A stretch of 64,000 nt of DNA, from contig OZ287751.1 of the NCBI GenBank assembly GCA_965649765.1, forward strand, positions 80,166,001 through 80,230,000, written 5' to 3'. The stretch is from Bispira polyomma. Taxonomy: Eukaryota. This document shows, one piece after another, positions 34,871 through 47,120 of the stretch (positions are counted from its first letter, which is position 1; each line of letters begins with the position of its first letter). The translations under genes were made by a program, and so were the position numbers. Under the pieces are notes generated by a model that saw only the letters and a program-made list of their open reading frames with translations, was not told the origin of the DNA and did not search any database.

Positions 34871-37364
34871 TTAATAATATTTTTACAAGTTACTGTAGTT
34901 TAAAGTTATTTATTGATGAAGACGAACTAATATGGACATTATATGATATTGATTTAAATATGATATTGATTTAAATAAAATACTTGTGAGTAATTGTGAG
35001 TAATATTTTAAAGCCTTGGCGCTGATATTTGTTAACAATGCACGTTTGATAATACATCTAATTCTTCAAAACGTAGTCTCAAGTCGAGAAAAGATTTCCA
35101 CTTTTTCAAAATATAATCCACCAGTCCATATAAATATACCTCATTGTGCAATTATAAATAATTTAAAGCCAGAAAACAAATTTCAAACAAAACGTTGACA
35201 AATGACCATTGCAACCATTGCATCAACTCAATCAAAACCCCTTCCAATTCAATTATTTCTTCATAGCATCTCTATTTTATCAGATCAGTGCAATTTGTAT
35301 ATTTTTCCTATTAATTTCAGTGCAAAGAAAAATCCCCACACACAAAAAGATCAAACCAAAAAAAAAAAAAAACCTAACCTATTTCCCAGATGACCCAACC
35401 AAATCAATGAAATAATACAAAATACCAGGGTGAGTTTGTTCAAATTCCATCCAAAACAATTTACTTCCCAAACAAATGAAATAACACACTGTCTTCAAAT
35501 AACACTACTCCCCCTTCTACTTAAACTGTATACACTTTCAGTTAACTAATTTTATATTAATATGTAATTGAATCCCTCTCCCTCTTATACTAGCTGGTAT
35601 GGTATAGTTTTTTGAAAATGAAATTCACCTTAAAATCAGTAGACAATAGAAGAACATACACCCCCTGGTGTTCAGAAATAAAAACTCCATAATTACTTCC
35701 ATTCTCCCTGATTAGTGGTGGCTTTGTGTTGATATAATGAGGGAAACTGTTTGATGTCTTATAACAAGGTGGGGGTGAGGTGAGGAGGGGAGTACCCTCC
35801 TTAAACCCCCCCCCTCCCCTCGGGAATGAGAAAGAGAAGGGGGTGTGGGGCGGTGGAAAAAGACTGAAAAAAAATTGACGGGGAGGGCAGGTCTTAACCC
35901 AACACCCCACCGTCCCTTTAACCTCCCCACCCACACTAGGTCTAAGCACCTTACATGATTATTAACATAAATAAATTATTATTACTACAACAGGTAGTAA
36001 CTAAGATACAGCCACTCTGTGTGTCAAACACTGATTTGCTAGTTATGGGATTTTGTTATGTGGTGAAAGTGTTTTTAATGGTTACCCATATATTTGACAT
36101 TATTGTCTAGTTTTGAATTTGTCTCCATTTGTATCAGATATATCTTGTTGTTTGATTTATATTGTGGGCAGGTAGTGCAATGATTAAGAGTTTTTTAAAT
36201 CAGGTTTCTAATAAGGCAGAGATTCTGGTTCGCTTCAACAAATCTTTGACTCCAATATTTGAAGAGAAAAAAAAACCAAGTTTGGAACCTACAAAAGCCA
36301 TTGGTGCTGTTTGACCCCGAAAAGAGCACTCCTTTTGTGTCTACTTTTATTTTAAATTTTGCAGAAAATGTGGTAGAAAAAAAATCTATTTATAATATAA
36401 TATTATTTATAATAAGTTTTTCCAGTTTAGTTTGTACTGTATTTTCTAATTGCTAGGCATAATGTTAACATCTTGAGCATAAGTTAACGTCTTGCACAAT
36501 GTCTAAAAGAGATAAGATGACTAATTTTTATGCCGTGTTAATGTTAAACTTCCAAAGCACTTAAAGTGATCACCAAGTATCCTCTGTGACGTACAAACAT
36601 GGTCCGATAGAAGGAAAAGGGTTGTGTGATCCAAGAGTCCAATCGTGATATTTTTGTGAAAGGCTGTAATCTTTGTTTCAGTAAGAATACTGGCAGGGAG
36701 ACTGTTCCATTCAGAAGATCATTTGACTTTAAATGATGTCTTGACCAAAAGTTATATGTCAAATAAAATATCCTATAACTAAAATGTTTAAGCTTTGTAG
36801 CTACAAATGATTAAAGTGTCAATGATAAACTAGTCACTAATGCTTTTTAGCTACATAATGTAAACGTTTATTGTCTACTTTATTAAAAAGATGCCCATTG
36901 CAATAAAAAGCTGTGAAGTAAACAATGTCCTTTAAGCAAGTGAGTCTCCCAAAGACTGGAAGGTACTATGATGTGACTATTCCAAAGACCCTATACCATA
37001 TGAGATCTGACTCTCCCTATCTTGGAGTTATATTTGTCATATAAAGTATACTTAGTGTACATCTTTAGATGACAGGCTGCAATAAAACCAATAGTATCAA
37101 ACAAATCCCTATAATTTTCATCCAGTATGACCTTAGGCACCATTTTGTAGTCTCAAATGTTCGATTATTTAGTGTTTAATGATTACAAATAGTTATTCTG
37201 GTGTTCAGAAAGTGTCCAGTAAACTACAAGGTTCACTGGGGGCTATACATCTTTTTACAAGATAGCTGCCATGTCGGTTAGGAATTGTTATTATTAATAT
37301 TTTAGTGTAACTTTTGTTGTAACCTATTGACATATATGCTGACGATACATAACAGTAATAAGAC

Positions 37365-37910
37365 ATGCTTTGCAATTTTAGAACAGTTTCCCAGATGACG
37401 TCAGATCAATTGACACACTCATCGGTTTTAGGAAAAAGCTTAAGTGTATGTACACATGTATGCGGCTCCCAACGTTAGACTTGGTATTTGTGACTGCGAT
37501 TTTTTCTTTCCTCATAGTTTTTGTTTATTTGTTCACATGTATCAGACTGCGAATAGCAATGCATGATTAGCAGCTTTCGACTGAGAAATTTTTGATCCAG
37601 AAGGGAAAAAATCGGAAGAGAATGAAAATCGCAAATAACCCAATAGCTTTTATATAAGGGGAGGTTTGTGTGTATGGGAAGGGGGGTTTCGAGAAATCTC
37701 ACTTCGCAAGTCTGATGTCTGATATCGGAGGCCGCTTACATGTGTACATACACTAAAACCTAACATTTTAACCTTGCCTAACCAGCTTAGTTTCCCTCGT
37801 GCACGCTCCCACATCTTTCCTTACGACTTTGCTATGCTCATTGACTTTATGATTGGATCAATGATTCTGCTGTTGCACTTTAGAAGATGCCTAACATCAA
37901 TAAAGCGTGT
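37365..37910 (+). mobile_element. L2 LINE 3' end interrupted by a MITE
   Basis: NSFPDDVRSIDTLIGFRKKL, then after the insert KT*HFNLA*P, then 3' UTR ending GTTGCACTTTAGAAGATGCCTAACATCAATAAAG. Confidence 0.8.
37444..37753. mobile_element. 310-bp PIF/Harbinger-type MITE
   Basis: TIRs GTGTATGTACACATGTA(T/A)GCGGC; exact TAA target-site duplication at 37441-37443 and 37754-37756. Confidence 0.9.
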
Positions 37911-37959
37911 CAAAAATTCATAATAATAATTACCTCTTGTCACTGACTTTCTAACCTTG

Positions 37960-38150
37960 AAGCTTTGGTATCTGGATATAATGTTGCCCGTGTTATACCA
38001 CGATGGGTCGTTTACTGGTGAGAGGAAATCCAAGAAGGGTAGTTGTTGAAGATTTTCAGCTCGACTTTCAATAAGTCTAATTCCAGCATTTCCACATACA
38101 TGTCAGGTCCAAAATTCAAACACATGATTGCAGAGGGCAAAGTCGAATGT
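37960..38150 (-). mobile_element. SINE family B2, decayed
   Basis: Weak collinear similarity to 33270-33468. Confidence 0.4.
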
Positions 38151-38324
38151 TTGTATATACAAAATATAGTTTATGTGGCCATGTAAATGATGTGGAAAGT
38201 TTAAATAGACAAGAGAAAGGTCACTAAATGCTTTTAATGAAATGTAATTTTAATTAGTATCTTTTGATATTCCTGTCTCTAATATGTCTTGCTAGGCAAG
38301 TTTTTAATTTTAAAGCAATCTTAA

Positions 38325-38432
38325 GTTCGACTAGTTTTCTTGGCCAATCTATGGGGGATATAGCCTAACTTAGCATCCTAAGTTTGGCAGCCCATCTTAA
38401 GATTGGCCAATTTGGAAGCTGGGCTGCAACAT
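38325..38432. mobile_element. Palindromic MITE (CTTAAGATTGGCCA family)
   Basis: TTGGCCAATCT ... AGATTGGCCAA inverted arms, CTTAGCATCCTAAG centre. Confidence 0.65.
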
Positions 38433-39129
38433 TACCAGTACACCACAGAGGCCTCCCTCTGAACCTCTTTGATGTCCACTTAGCAACAGGTAACTTTGTA
38501 CAGTAACAAGGTGTGCAGTATCCCCTACTGACAAAGCTGATTACCAACAGCCCCACAAAGTGACCCTCTTACGTTAAATCCCTTGCCCCTTAGCTTCACT
38601 CCCCCATTTACCTGCATGGACCAGCAATTGTAACAGCCACCTGTGTGTTTAGCCACAAACACAGCAGGGGGCGTCACCTACAATATGTCCTCTGGGTCAC
38701 ATGACAAAGTACAAGAACGCTGACCTGTTTTTGTTGGAGGTTCAGGGGAGCTTGTGCAAAGCAAACGAATGTTCCCTGGTGTATAATTATATTGGTTATG
38801 AAAAAAAAAAAAACATTTATGTATTTAAGTGTAATATTACACAATAAAGTTAGCTTTGGTATTGTTGTTCTCTGTCACGCCATTTTTCAAAAGCCAGGTG
38901 GAGGAATACTAATGTTGGAGAAAAAACATTATAATGGTTTGAATATTACTAGCATTTTATAATATTACATTCAATGTCATTTATCTTACAAAGCCTTGCC
39001 TCTTAACAATAATGACAGTGGTTTGAATCTCTGCATCCTTCACCATTAAGCTGTAATTTGGTGGCCTACATTACAAAAACTGCAAACTGCAGAGTCCTAT
39101 ATTAATATTATCACTGAAGCATTGTACCC

Positions 39130-39285
39130 CAGCTCTATAGCATTCTGGAAGACACTCGTTCTCAAAACATAATAGCAACATATCTTGTCCAAGGATGTTA
39201 TCTCACTAGTGAATCTAGCAGTATCAGCCGGAGTCGAACTGAGGACCTTACGATTACTAGACCAACTCACTAGAGTCGCTAGTAT
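39130..39285 (-). mobile_element. SINE family A copy
   Basis: TCTTGTCCAAGGATGTTATC centre; GGAGTCGAAC..GGACCTT..AGACCAACTC head. Confidence 0.75.
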
Positions 39286-39411
39286 ACTCATTTCTTCAGC
39301 TACTAAATCTTAGCATTACATTATAATATTGGTAATATGTGTTTCTTTACACTTTCCAAGTCAACACACAAGGTGCATAAACCCAGTAAAGTCTTTTTTA
39401 AAACAAAAAGT

Positions 39412-39628
39412 GTGTTTTCACCGACAAAATACATTTGAATAACAGTATCACGACAGTCAGATTTAATGATAGAAGAAACCAGTGCTGAAGCCCTGTAAAA
39501 CACCACTCTAAGGCAAGTATGGGACAAACTTCCCTACATGAAGGAACAAACAGGATTTGAACCCACATTGGTGAGAGGCCAGTTATTGTAAAATAGAGAT
39601 TTCTAACACTAGGCCACTGCGTCACCCC
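39412..39628 (-). mobile_element. SINE family B1 copy
   Basis: GGATTTGAACCCACATTGGTGAGA and CTAACACTAGGCCAC match the reverse complement of 17488-17708. Confidence 0.75.
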
Positions 39629-40158
39629 TAACTAAGATTTAAGTGATAGAAAACCTTATTTTAAACTCAAATAAATCTAAAAGTAAATGTAAAATAATAT
39701 GTATACAAGGTCACATTTGTCGACTAGCAATAGAAATATGTGGAGCACTTGCAAGTATTTATGAAAAATATCTTAACTAAAACAGGTAGTTTTGATCAAT
39801 AAAATAACATGACGAAGACAGTGTTATAAGGATCTAATTGACAGATAAGGTAAGTTACATGTCAGGATACATGTCAATAATTCTATTACAGGTTTTTGAC
39901 ATCTAGTTGGGAAGTTACACAACAGTTTGCTGTATGTTTAGGGGTGGTTTTAAATCTTTTAATTATAAATTAGAGTTTGTTTACAATATTATATAAGTCA
40001 TTCAGTACACCTTTGGTTAAACAGTCATGCTTAAAATGGTGAATGAATAAGAAATTATTTTCCAATCTCCGTGTCAAAAGATAAAAATCAGGAAGTTAAA
40101 AAAAAATCTTCAAATTCCATCAATAAAAATTTACATTTATACTAAATGAGTGACTCTA

Positions 40159-40161
<3 letters not shown>

Positions 40162-40198
<37 letters not shown>
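40162..40198. repeat. (TA)n microsatellite
   Basis: About 18 uninterrupted TA units. Confidence 0.95.
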
Positions 40199-40201
<3 letters not shown>

Positions 40202-41644
40202 GTCGGAGGGCCGAATGGAATGTACTTAAAGGCCATGTAATACGGTGATTAGCTGATTAAGTTAGTGAACAGATCTAATTTCATGGCCTGGGGTGTTAAA
40301 ACAATAGCAACTGGACACAGGGACAGAATGGTCATTAGGTTTGGACTGAGACAAAATGTGTGGCACGGGGACAGTGTATGTGTGTACACATGGTGGGAGA
40401 CATATATGTTACATAGTCTTAGTGTGTAAATCCCACTTTAAGTTTTTACTTAAATGTTTAAACTGACACACATGTTTGTAATCATAGATTTTGTTGGAGC
40501 AATATCTACATGTACTAACTCTTTTGTGATAACCATGCCTGAAATATTTTGTTATAAATAGAAATATCTTAATTATTATTACTAGATTTATATATATAAG
40601 CCATTAATTAAAATATATAAGTTTAAGTTGACCAGTTTAAGTAACCACATTTTTTTTTAATCTTGTCACAAATTCCTGAATAAATGCCAACACATTCCCT
40701 TCCCCCCCCCCCCCCCCCTCAATTCCCACAATCCTACTCAATGGTACTCATTAAGAGATGAACAAAAAAGCTCACAGAAGTCACAAAAGGAATTGTTTGA
40801 CAACAGAAATGACTATTTACTTTGTGTTTGAATTGAAATGTATGTATGGGATGTTTGAATTGGGGCCTTAATCACCCACCTCAGCACAAGGGGGACATTT
40901 GCCCATCTGTCCACGGCAAAAGTCAATGGTGGGGCTTTTCAGGGTCCTTAAAGGGCAAATCACCATTTAGAAGGCTACAAGCCACAATAACCCACCCAGG
41001 TAACAGTGGTTATTGAGGGCTTTAAGTTCTTGCTTAATCTGTCTGGGAGATATGATTTTAATGTAATTTTAATGCATACAATAAAAGCTACATATTTTTT
41101 TTAAATATCTTATAACGAAAAAAAGAATGTAAGGGAAAATATATGATAAAATGATAAATTATTTTAAGGGTAAACTAAAAAGCTATAAAGTTTAGCCTTA
41201 TTTTATTAAAAGATCTGAGCCTAAATGTCCAGGGTCCTTTTAAGAAGACGGGGATTCTTCTAACCTAGAGTCTCTCTTATCAGCATACTTCTTCATAGCA
41301 ATCAGACTGTCTCTCTCCCAACCACCTAATGACTATCTCTATGCTAATGTGCTGCTTCTATTTGTAAGAAAGGTGGACAGCTTGTGTCCAGGGTTGTATT
41401 ATCGTGTGTGTTTGTGTTTTTAAAAAGATATACTTATGGACTGTCTGACTTTTGTTTAAAAGCTACAAACTCAAAACTTTGTTAATTCATCCCTTGGTTT
41501 CTGTATGTACTAATGACAACTAGTACCAACGTAGTTGATGGTCGAGAGCTTCCGTGGTCACGAGTTCTATGTATTCCTAAAGGTTTCACCAAAAAGCATA
41601 GTGATAAATTCAATTTGAAACAAGTAAAATATGATTTAAAGACA

Positions 41645-41815
41645 GAAGATTGCAGATAGCCACTTTTTAATTTCCCTTAAGGTTCTTTAACTTGCCACTG
41701 GGGGTAGGAACCAATGATACTGGACTACTATTTTCAATGGTCATCTGATCCACTATGTATCTGCCTGTACCTGGGAGAACCAAGCTGGAATCAAACCCAG
41801 GTCCTCTGTATGCCT
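41645..41815 (-). mobile_element. SINE family C copy
   Basis: AAGGTTCTTTAACTTGCCACTGGGGGTAGGAACCAATGA and GGAATCAAACCCAGGTCCTC. Confidence 0.6.
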
Positions 41816-42171
41816 AACCTTGTGTGTTTCTGACCTTGGCGTGGTCATCCACCAGTAATGTCCTACCTACTGATATAACTTCTATTGTAGTTTTTTTATC
41901 AATGCTATCTAAAAGGATTGTATAATGTCCCCAGATAAGCATGTGTCATCACACAAATTGTTATCTTTATAAAAGGGAATATTTATAAAAATCCAAGTTA
42001 TATTATGGTCTGTTTTGTGAGCCGAGTTGGAAATACAGTAAGTTGTCATTAAACAAGTGGGCCATTAATGGATTCTAGTTTAGGTTTTAGTCTTCGTTCA
42101 ACTACAAAATGTTATATTATGACATGCACTTTATGAGTGGAGAAAAGCAATATACCGTAACCAGTTAAACG

Positions 42172-43000
42172 TTCTGAACTACAAACGACTGGCCTTCAAT
42201 AGATCTGCCATAAACCACATACATTCTGGGTCACGATTTCTGCAAACCACTGGCCTTCAGCAAATCTACCACCAATTATACACATTCTAGGTCACTGTTT
42301 TTGAACTACAAACCATTGGCCTTAAGCAAATCTAACATCAATTATACACATTCTAGGTCACTGTTTTTGAACTACAAACCACTGGCCTTCAGCAAATCTA
42401 CCATCAATTATACACATTCTAGGTCACTGTTTTTGAACTACAAACCACTGGCCTTTAGAAAATCTAACATCAATTATACACATTCTAGGTCACTGTTTTT
42501 GAACTACAAACCACTGGCATTTAGAAATTCTACTATCAATTATACACATTCTAGGTCACTGTTTTTGAACTACAAACCACTGGCCTTAAGCAAATCTAAC
42601 ATCAATTATACACATTCTAGGTCACTGTTTTTGAACTACAAACCACTGGCCTTCAGCAAATCTACCATCAATTATACACATTCTAGGTCACTGTTTTTGA
42701 ACTACAAACCACTGGCCTTTAGAAAATCTAACATCAATTATACACATTCTAGGTCACTGTTTTTGAACTACAAACCACTGGCATTTAGAAATTCTACTAT
42801 CAATTATACACATTCTAGGTCACTGTTTTTGAACTACAAACCACTGGCCTTCAGAAAATCTACCATCAGCCACACGATTTCTGGGTGACAGTTTTTGAAC
42901 TGCAAACTACTGGCCTTCAGGAAAACAACCATCAACTTACATTCTGTATCACCATTTCTAAACTGCATACAATTTTTTTCAACAAATCTACCATCAACGA
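42172..43000. repeat. 66-bp minisatellite, about 12 units, with a duplicated 4-unit (264-bp) higher-order block
   Basis: Unit TTGAACTACAAACCACTGGCCTTCAGCAAATCTACCATCAATTATACACATTCTAGGTCACTGTTT; homogeneous core 42245-42865, decayed edge units. Confidence 0.95.
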
Positions 43001-43120
43001 CATGCTAGGGCAGAGGTTCGAACCCACACATGCAGATGTAGGAGGGAAAAGTGTTATTTATACACCACTGATGCTACCAAGAGATATTTATGATACAACA
43101 TTATAGTGATAGGTTTGATT

Positions 43121-43294
43121 GTGGCCTCCAGTGGCCTAGTGGTTAGGGACTTGGTCTGGTGATCAGAAGGTCCCTGGTACAAGTTTAAGTCAGGGGAGTT
43201 GGTCTGGTTATTGGAAGGTCCCCGGTTCGACACCTGCTGGTTGAGTGTTTCGGTTTATGTGTTTTAGATGATGCCTCGCATTAATAAAGCATGT
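43121..43294 (+). mobile_element. SINE family A with duplicated head and deleted centre
   Basis: Two successive GGA(C/G)TTGGTCTGG..GAAGGTCCC.GGT blocks, then the tail TTTAGATGATGCCTCGCATTAATAAAGC. Confidence 0.8.
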
Positions 43295-43939
43295 TAAAAA
43301 TATATACAACAATACAAAATATCAAGAGATGATGAGACTCTACAGGTACAGAGCTGAAGGATTCTATGCATACTGAAAGCATTACGTCTGTCAAATTTAG
43401 TGAACACTACGAAAATTTGTGTTCCTGCAACTGATCGTTTGGAGTATGTGGAATTATTGAGGGGTTTTATGAGACATTGCTGGTAAAATGGTATTCAACA
43501 AGCTTAACTGTAACTGGAGGTACCTACACCACCACAGCTGTACAGTTTAAATTAAGACCAAATGTATATAGTGTAAAAACAGTAGCCCAGACTGATGATT
43601 AAAATGGCATTTACCAATATGAAAGAGGTGGCAATTATGTAAAACATATTGCAAGGCTTTAGCAAGATTGTGCATAACATCTTTTGCTAATGAAAAGGTT
43701 TTAGTCAAAATTTTCGTTTTATACAAGTTGAAATATCAGAGAGCAATTTAAAAGAAGTGGATAATCTTGGTTTTTCTAATAGTTTAAATGTAACCAATTT
43801 GTTGTTACAGCTTACATTCTACATAAACTCATTGCTATCCAGGTGAATTTCTATAAAACAAAAACTTATTTTCAGAATCCACAGATTGAGTATAAACCAA
43901 ATTTACAAAGAAACTAACTCAGAAACTAGATACATGGAA

Positions 43940-44060
43940 TTTATAGGGGTGATCTGGATAGCAGATCTGGGTATAAGGCTGTTTTCAGAGTTTGTATTTT
44001 AACTTTTGGCACTGTTGCACCTAGACAGATGGATCCACTCTACTGAGTGTCCTTCTGGTT
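43940..44060 (-). mobile_element. HINE-like 5' part
   Basis: CACTCTACTGAGTGTCCTTCTGGTT terminus with GATCTGGAT motifs. Confidence 0.45.
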
Positions 44061-44920
44061 CAATATACAAGTATCATAAGTGCTATGGTGGAAACCACAA
44101 AAAAAAAGGAACCGAATCCCACTAGAAAAGTTTGAACCTTTGCTTTAATAATTTTTTTCAGAAGACACGAAATCATTTTGTACATTTAATGCCATGTCTC
44201 TAACATCTATATATTGACAACTTATTGAATAAGCTAGATTAGTCCCAGATATGTGTACTAATAAGCAGCACCAGCTTATAGCAAAATGTTACTACCAATG
44301 TCTGACTTCTTTGATGTTCTCTAAAAGAAACATCACCATTTTTTGACTTGTCTAATGCAATGTTCCTCGTTGGAATATAATCTTCCATACCTATATTGAC
44401 AGCTTTCAATTAGATCAGTCTGAGATAATGTTGTCTGTGGGTGTGTATCTAATCATCAGCCTCTGTATCTCTAGATTACAAGGTGTTATCTCCCTATACT
44501 TACACTGTCACATACTATGGGTGTGTAAGATAGGATATGAGATTTGCTATAATATTTCAATAACCAGAAGCCCTGTCATTATCTAATTCAGCTGTCAAGT
44601 TACACTGATCTTTATGGTGGTGGGTGTGTGAGCTGAAAAGTGGATCTAATCATACAGTCACCTGTCAACAGAGCTGATCCTCTTAGCACTATAATTGTGA
44701 TCATGTGTGTGTGTGTGTTTGTGTGTTTATATATTGAATCGGTTTGTACTATACACGCGGATTGTTGTCAAAGGGGGAGTAAATTTAAACTATTTAAGGT
44801 AGTGAGGTTACATATAGTGAAAATAATTTCCAATAAATATTTATTTAATAGTATTACAAATAGTAGTAGCATTAAATCAGTCAATCAACGATGTGTCCTA
44901 CAAAAAAATAAAATAAAACT

Positions 44921-45044
44921 AACAGCATTAGCAGAAGTCGACACTGGGGACTTTCTGATCACAAGACCATTCCACCAACCTGGAGTCGATCCGGAGATCT
45001 TCTGCTCACCAGACCAACTCCCTAACTACTAGGCCATGTGAGAC
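44921..45044 (-). mobile_element. SINE family A with duplicated head
   Basis: Two successive AGTCGA..GGA.(C/T)TTCTG.TCAC.AGACCA blocks, ending CCCTAACTACTAGGCCA. Confidence 0.75.
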
Positions 45045-46405
45045 CAAATATTAATTTGTTTATGTATTAAACCAGAAAGCTTACTAGAAGACAAATACAC
45101 AACCTTTAAATTACAATGCAAGTTTAAGTGTCATACGGCTGGCGCATACACCCCTTAAAATGATATACAAGTGAAAATATAAATTTCATTCTAATTTGAC
45201 TTAATTTATAAGTTGTCGTGACAAGGTTGTCTGGACAATATATTCTGGCCTTTAAGTTTTGTGTGTGTTATACCAATAAAATGATACTTAATAAACTTTA
45301 TTTCTATGACTTTGACCCTGTCTCAAAAAACCTTTGATACATCTAAACCTGTCCTCCCCTTTGATCTAACGAAAAAATTTATAAGGTGAAAACCTCCCCA
45401 GGCTCACCAAGTAGCAAAGATTATGTATGAGTGCAAGACCCATGTTTTTGGGATGGATATACAGACCACACATTAAATACATGGACATCAATCACGGATG
45501 ACAAATAAGTGACTAGCCCTTCTGCTCAATTTCCCCAATTATCGCCCTCCACTGGCTGTTCCTATGTGTTCCCCCTACAACACCACAACTCTGCTAACAA
45601 GCATAGTTTTGGTAGGGAGACCAGTTGGCTAGAAGGACGCACTTAAATCACTCAACACCTCACCAATATAGGCCCTTATAGCACAAAATCTTATCCTAGG
45701 AGTTCACAGCTTCGTCCCTTCAACATTCACAACTGTGGCTCGCCGGAAAAAAAACCACCTTTCGGTTTAATTGATTGGAAAACTTGGGTGAAAAAAATCT
45801 GGTTTCTTGGGTTCTACTTTGTATATTCATGTATTGTGGGGAGGACTGGGTGGTTTCCGTGTGGACATGTCAATTACCACCTTGACATATTTTAAAAGAG
45901 GGGGGGGGGGGCTACGAAACCCCCATTTAAACATCCCCTCTTCATTTCTGCTCAATTTAGCACTTTAATTTTTTTTGCCTGTGTAAAGTGATTTTCCTAG
46001 GACTTCCTCATCCATTCACTGTGAACTAAATCTGCGTGTAAAAACTGTAAATTAAGGGATTGACAGGCATTGAGAGACACTCAGTTGTTAAATAGATGTC
46101 ATGAATATATTGCTTTCCTTGAGTATCATGACAAGGTGATTAAAAAGGAGGGGTGAAAATATGGCTTAAATAGGTGTATCCCTTTTAAAGATGGGACATT
46201 GTAGAGTATAAAATGAAAAGGTATTTAGTGCATCTTAGGTGATTTAATCTTGTTGCCATAGTGAACATGAGAACATTGTACCAGGAATCTTTACAAAAAA
46301 ACCCAAAAGTGACACATATTTTTTTGGACTTTTTCTTTTTTCCCCAAAAAAGAGAGTTGATACTGCTGATATCAATAATAAAATACTTCACATAAAGTAT
46401 ATAAA

Positions 46406-46411
46406 TTTATT
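46406..46411 (-). terminator. Candidate polyadenylation signal of snail (3' UTR ~0.7 kb)
   Basis: AATAAA on the minus strand after an AU-rich 3' UTR, followed by T/GT-rich sequence. Confidence 0.5.
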
Positions 46412-47120
46412 TTCAATAAAAAAAAACATAAATATAAATATTAATAAGTATTACAACATAACAAAGATATGCAATATATAACCAGTTATATGTATAACAT
46501 ATATTTTGATTTTGCAAAAACAAGTTTGAAGTCAAATAATAGTAAGTTTGTGTTTAAGTTATAGTGACTTAATACATTCAAAATACTTTAACAATGTATT
46601 ATAGCTAAACTTGGTTAGACCTAAAACACACATTACTCCTGTATATTAAGGTTGTGGTATAACATATCCAAGTGTATGCTTAATACTACATACAATTTGA
46701 TGTCTGTTACTGCATAAAATAGGGTATACATCTATATTTATGATATATGCTTGACTTAGTAAATTCTTTAAAAATAATTAACTGTGATGTACATGACTGA
46801 ACACAACCTAACATTACAGTGTTATTAAGGGACACTGTTGTCAGTAAATAATTATTCTATAATATAATCACTATAACATTGACAAGTATATTCAAGTAAA
46901 TAAACTTTCCAAAATTAAGATTATTATATGTTTACTGAGAAAAACAAATGACAGTTTTGATTACATTTTGCTTTACCCTGAGCTGTAAATCGTGTAAATG
47001 GTGCGTTCAGTGGAAAAAAGGATCTGCTTTAAAAATATGTTCCTAAATTCCATAACCTTTTTTTTGGTAACCATGCACAAACATATGTTGACATAAACAA
47101 CAAGTTTACATAACTTTAAA

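Noticed and set aside
42301-42888. 195-aa repetitive ORF
   Set aside because: Translation of a 66-bp minisatellite; starts at TTG and has no coding context.
4181-46391. Numerous 60-130 aa ORFs in the intergenic region
   Set aside because: AT-rich low-complexity translations, many with non-ATG starts and no domains. The few with motifs are accounted for as LINE remnants.
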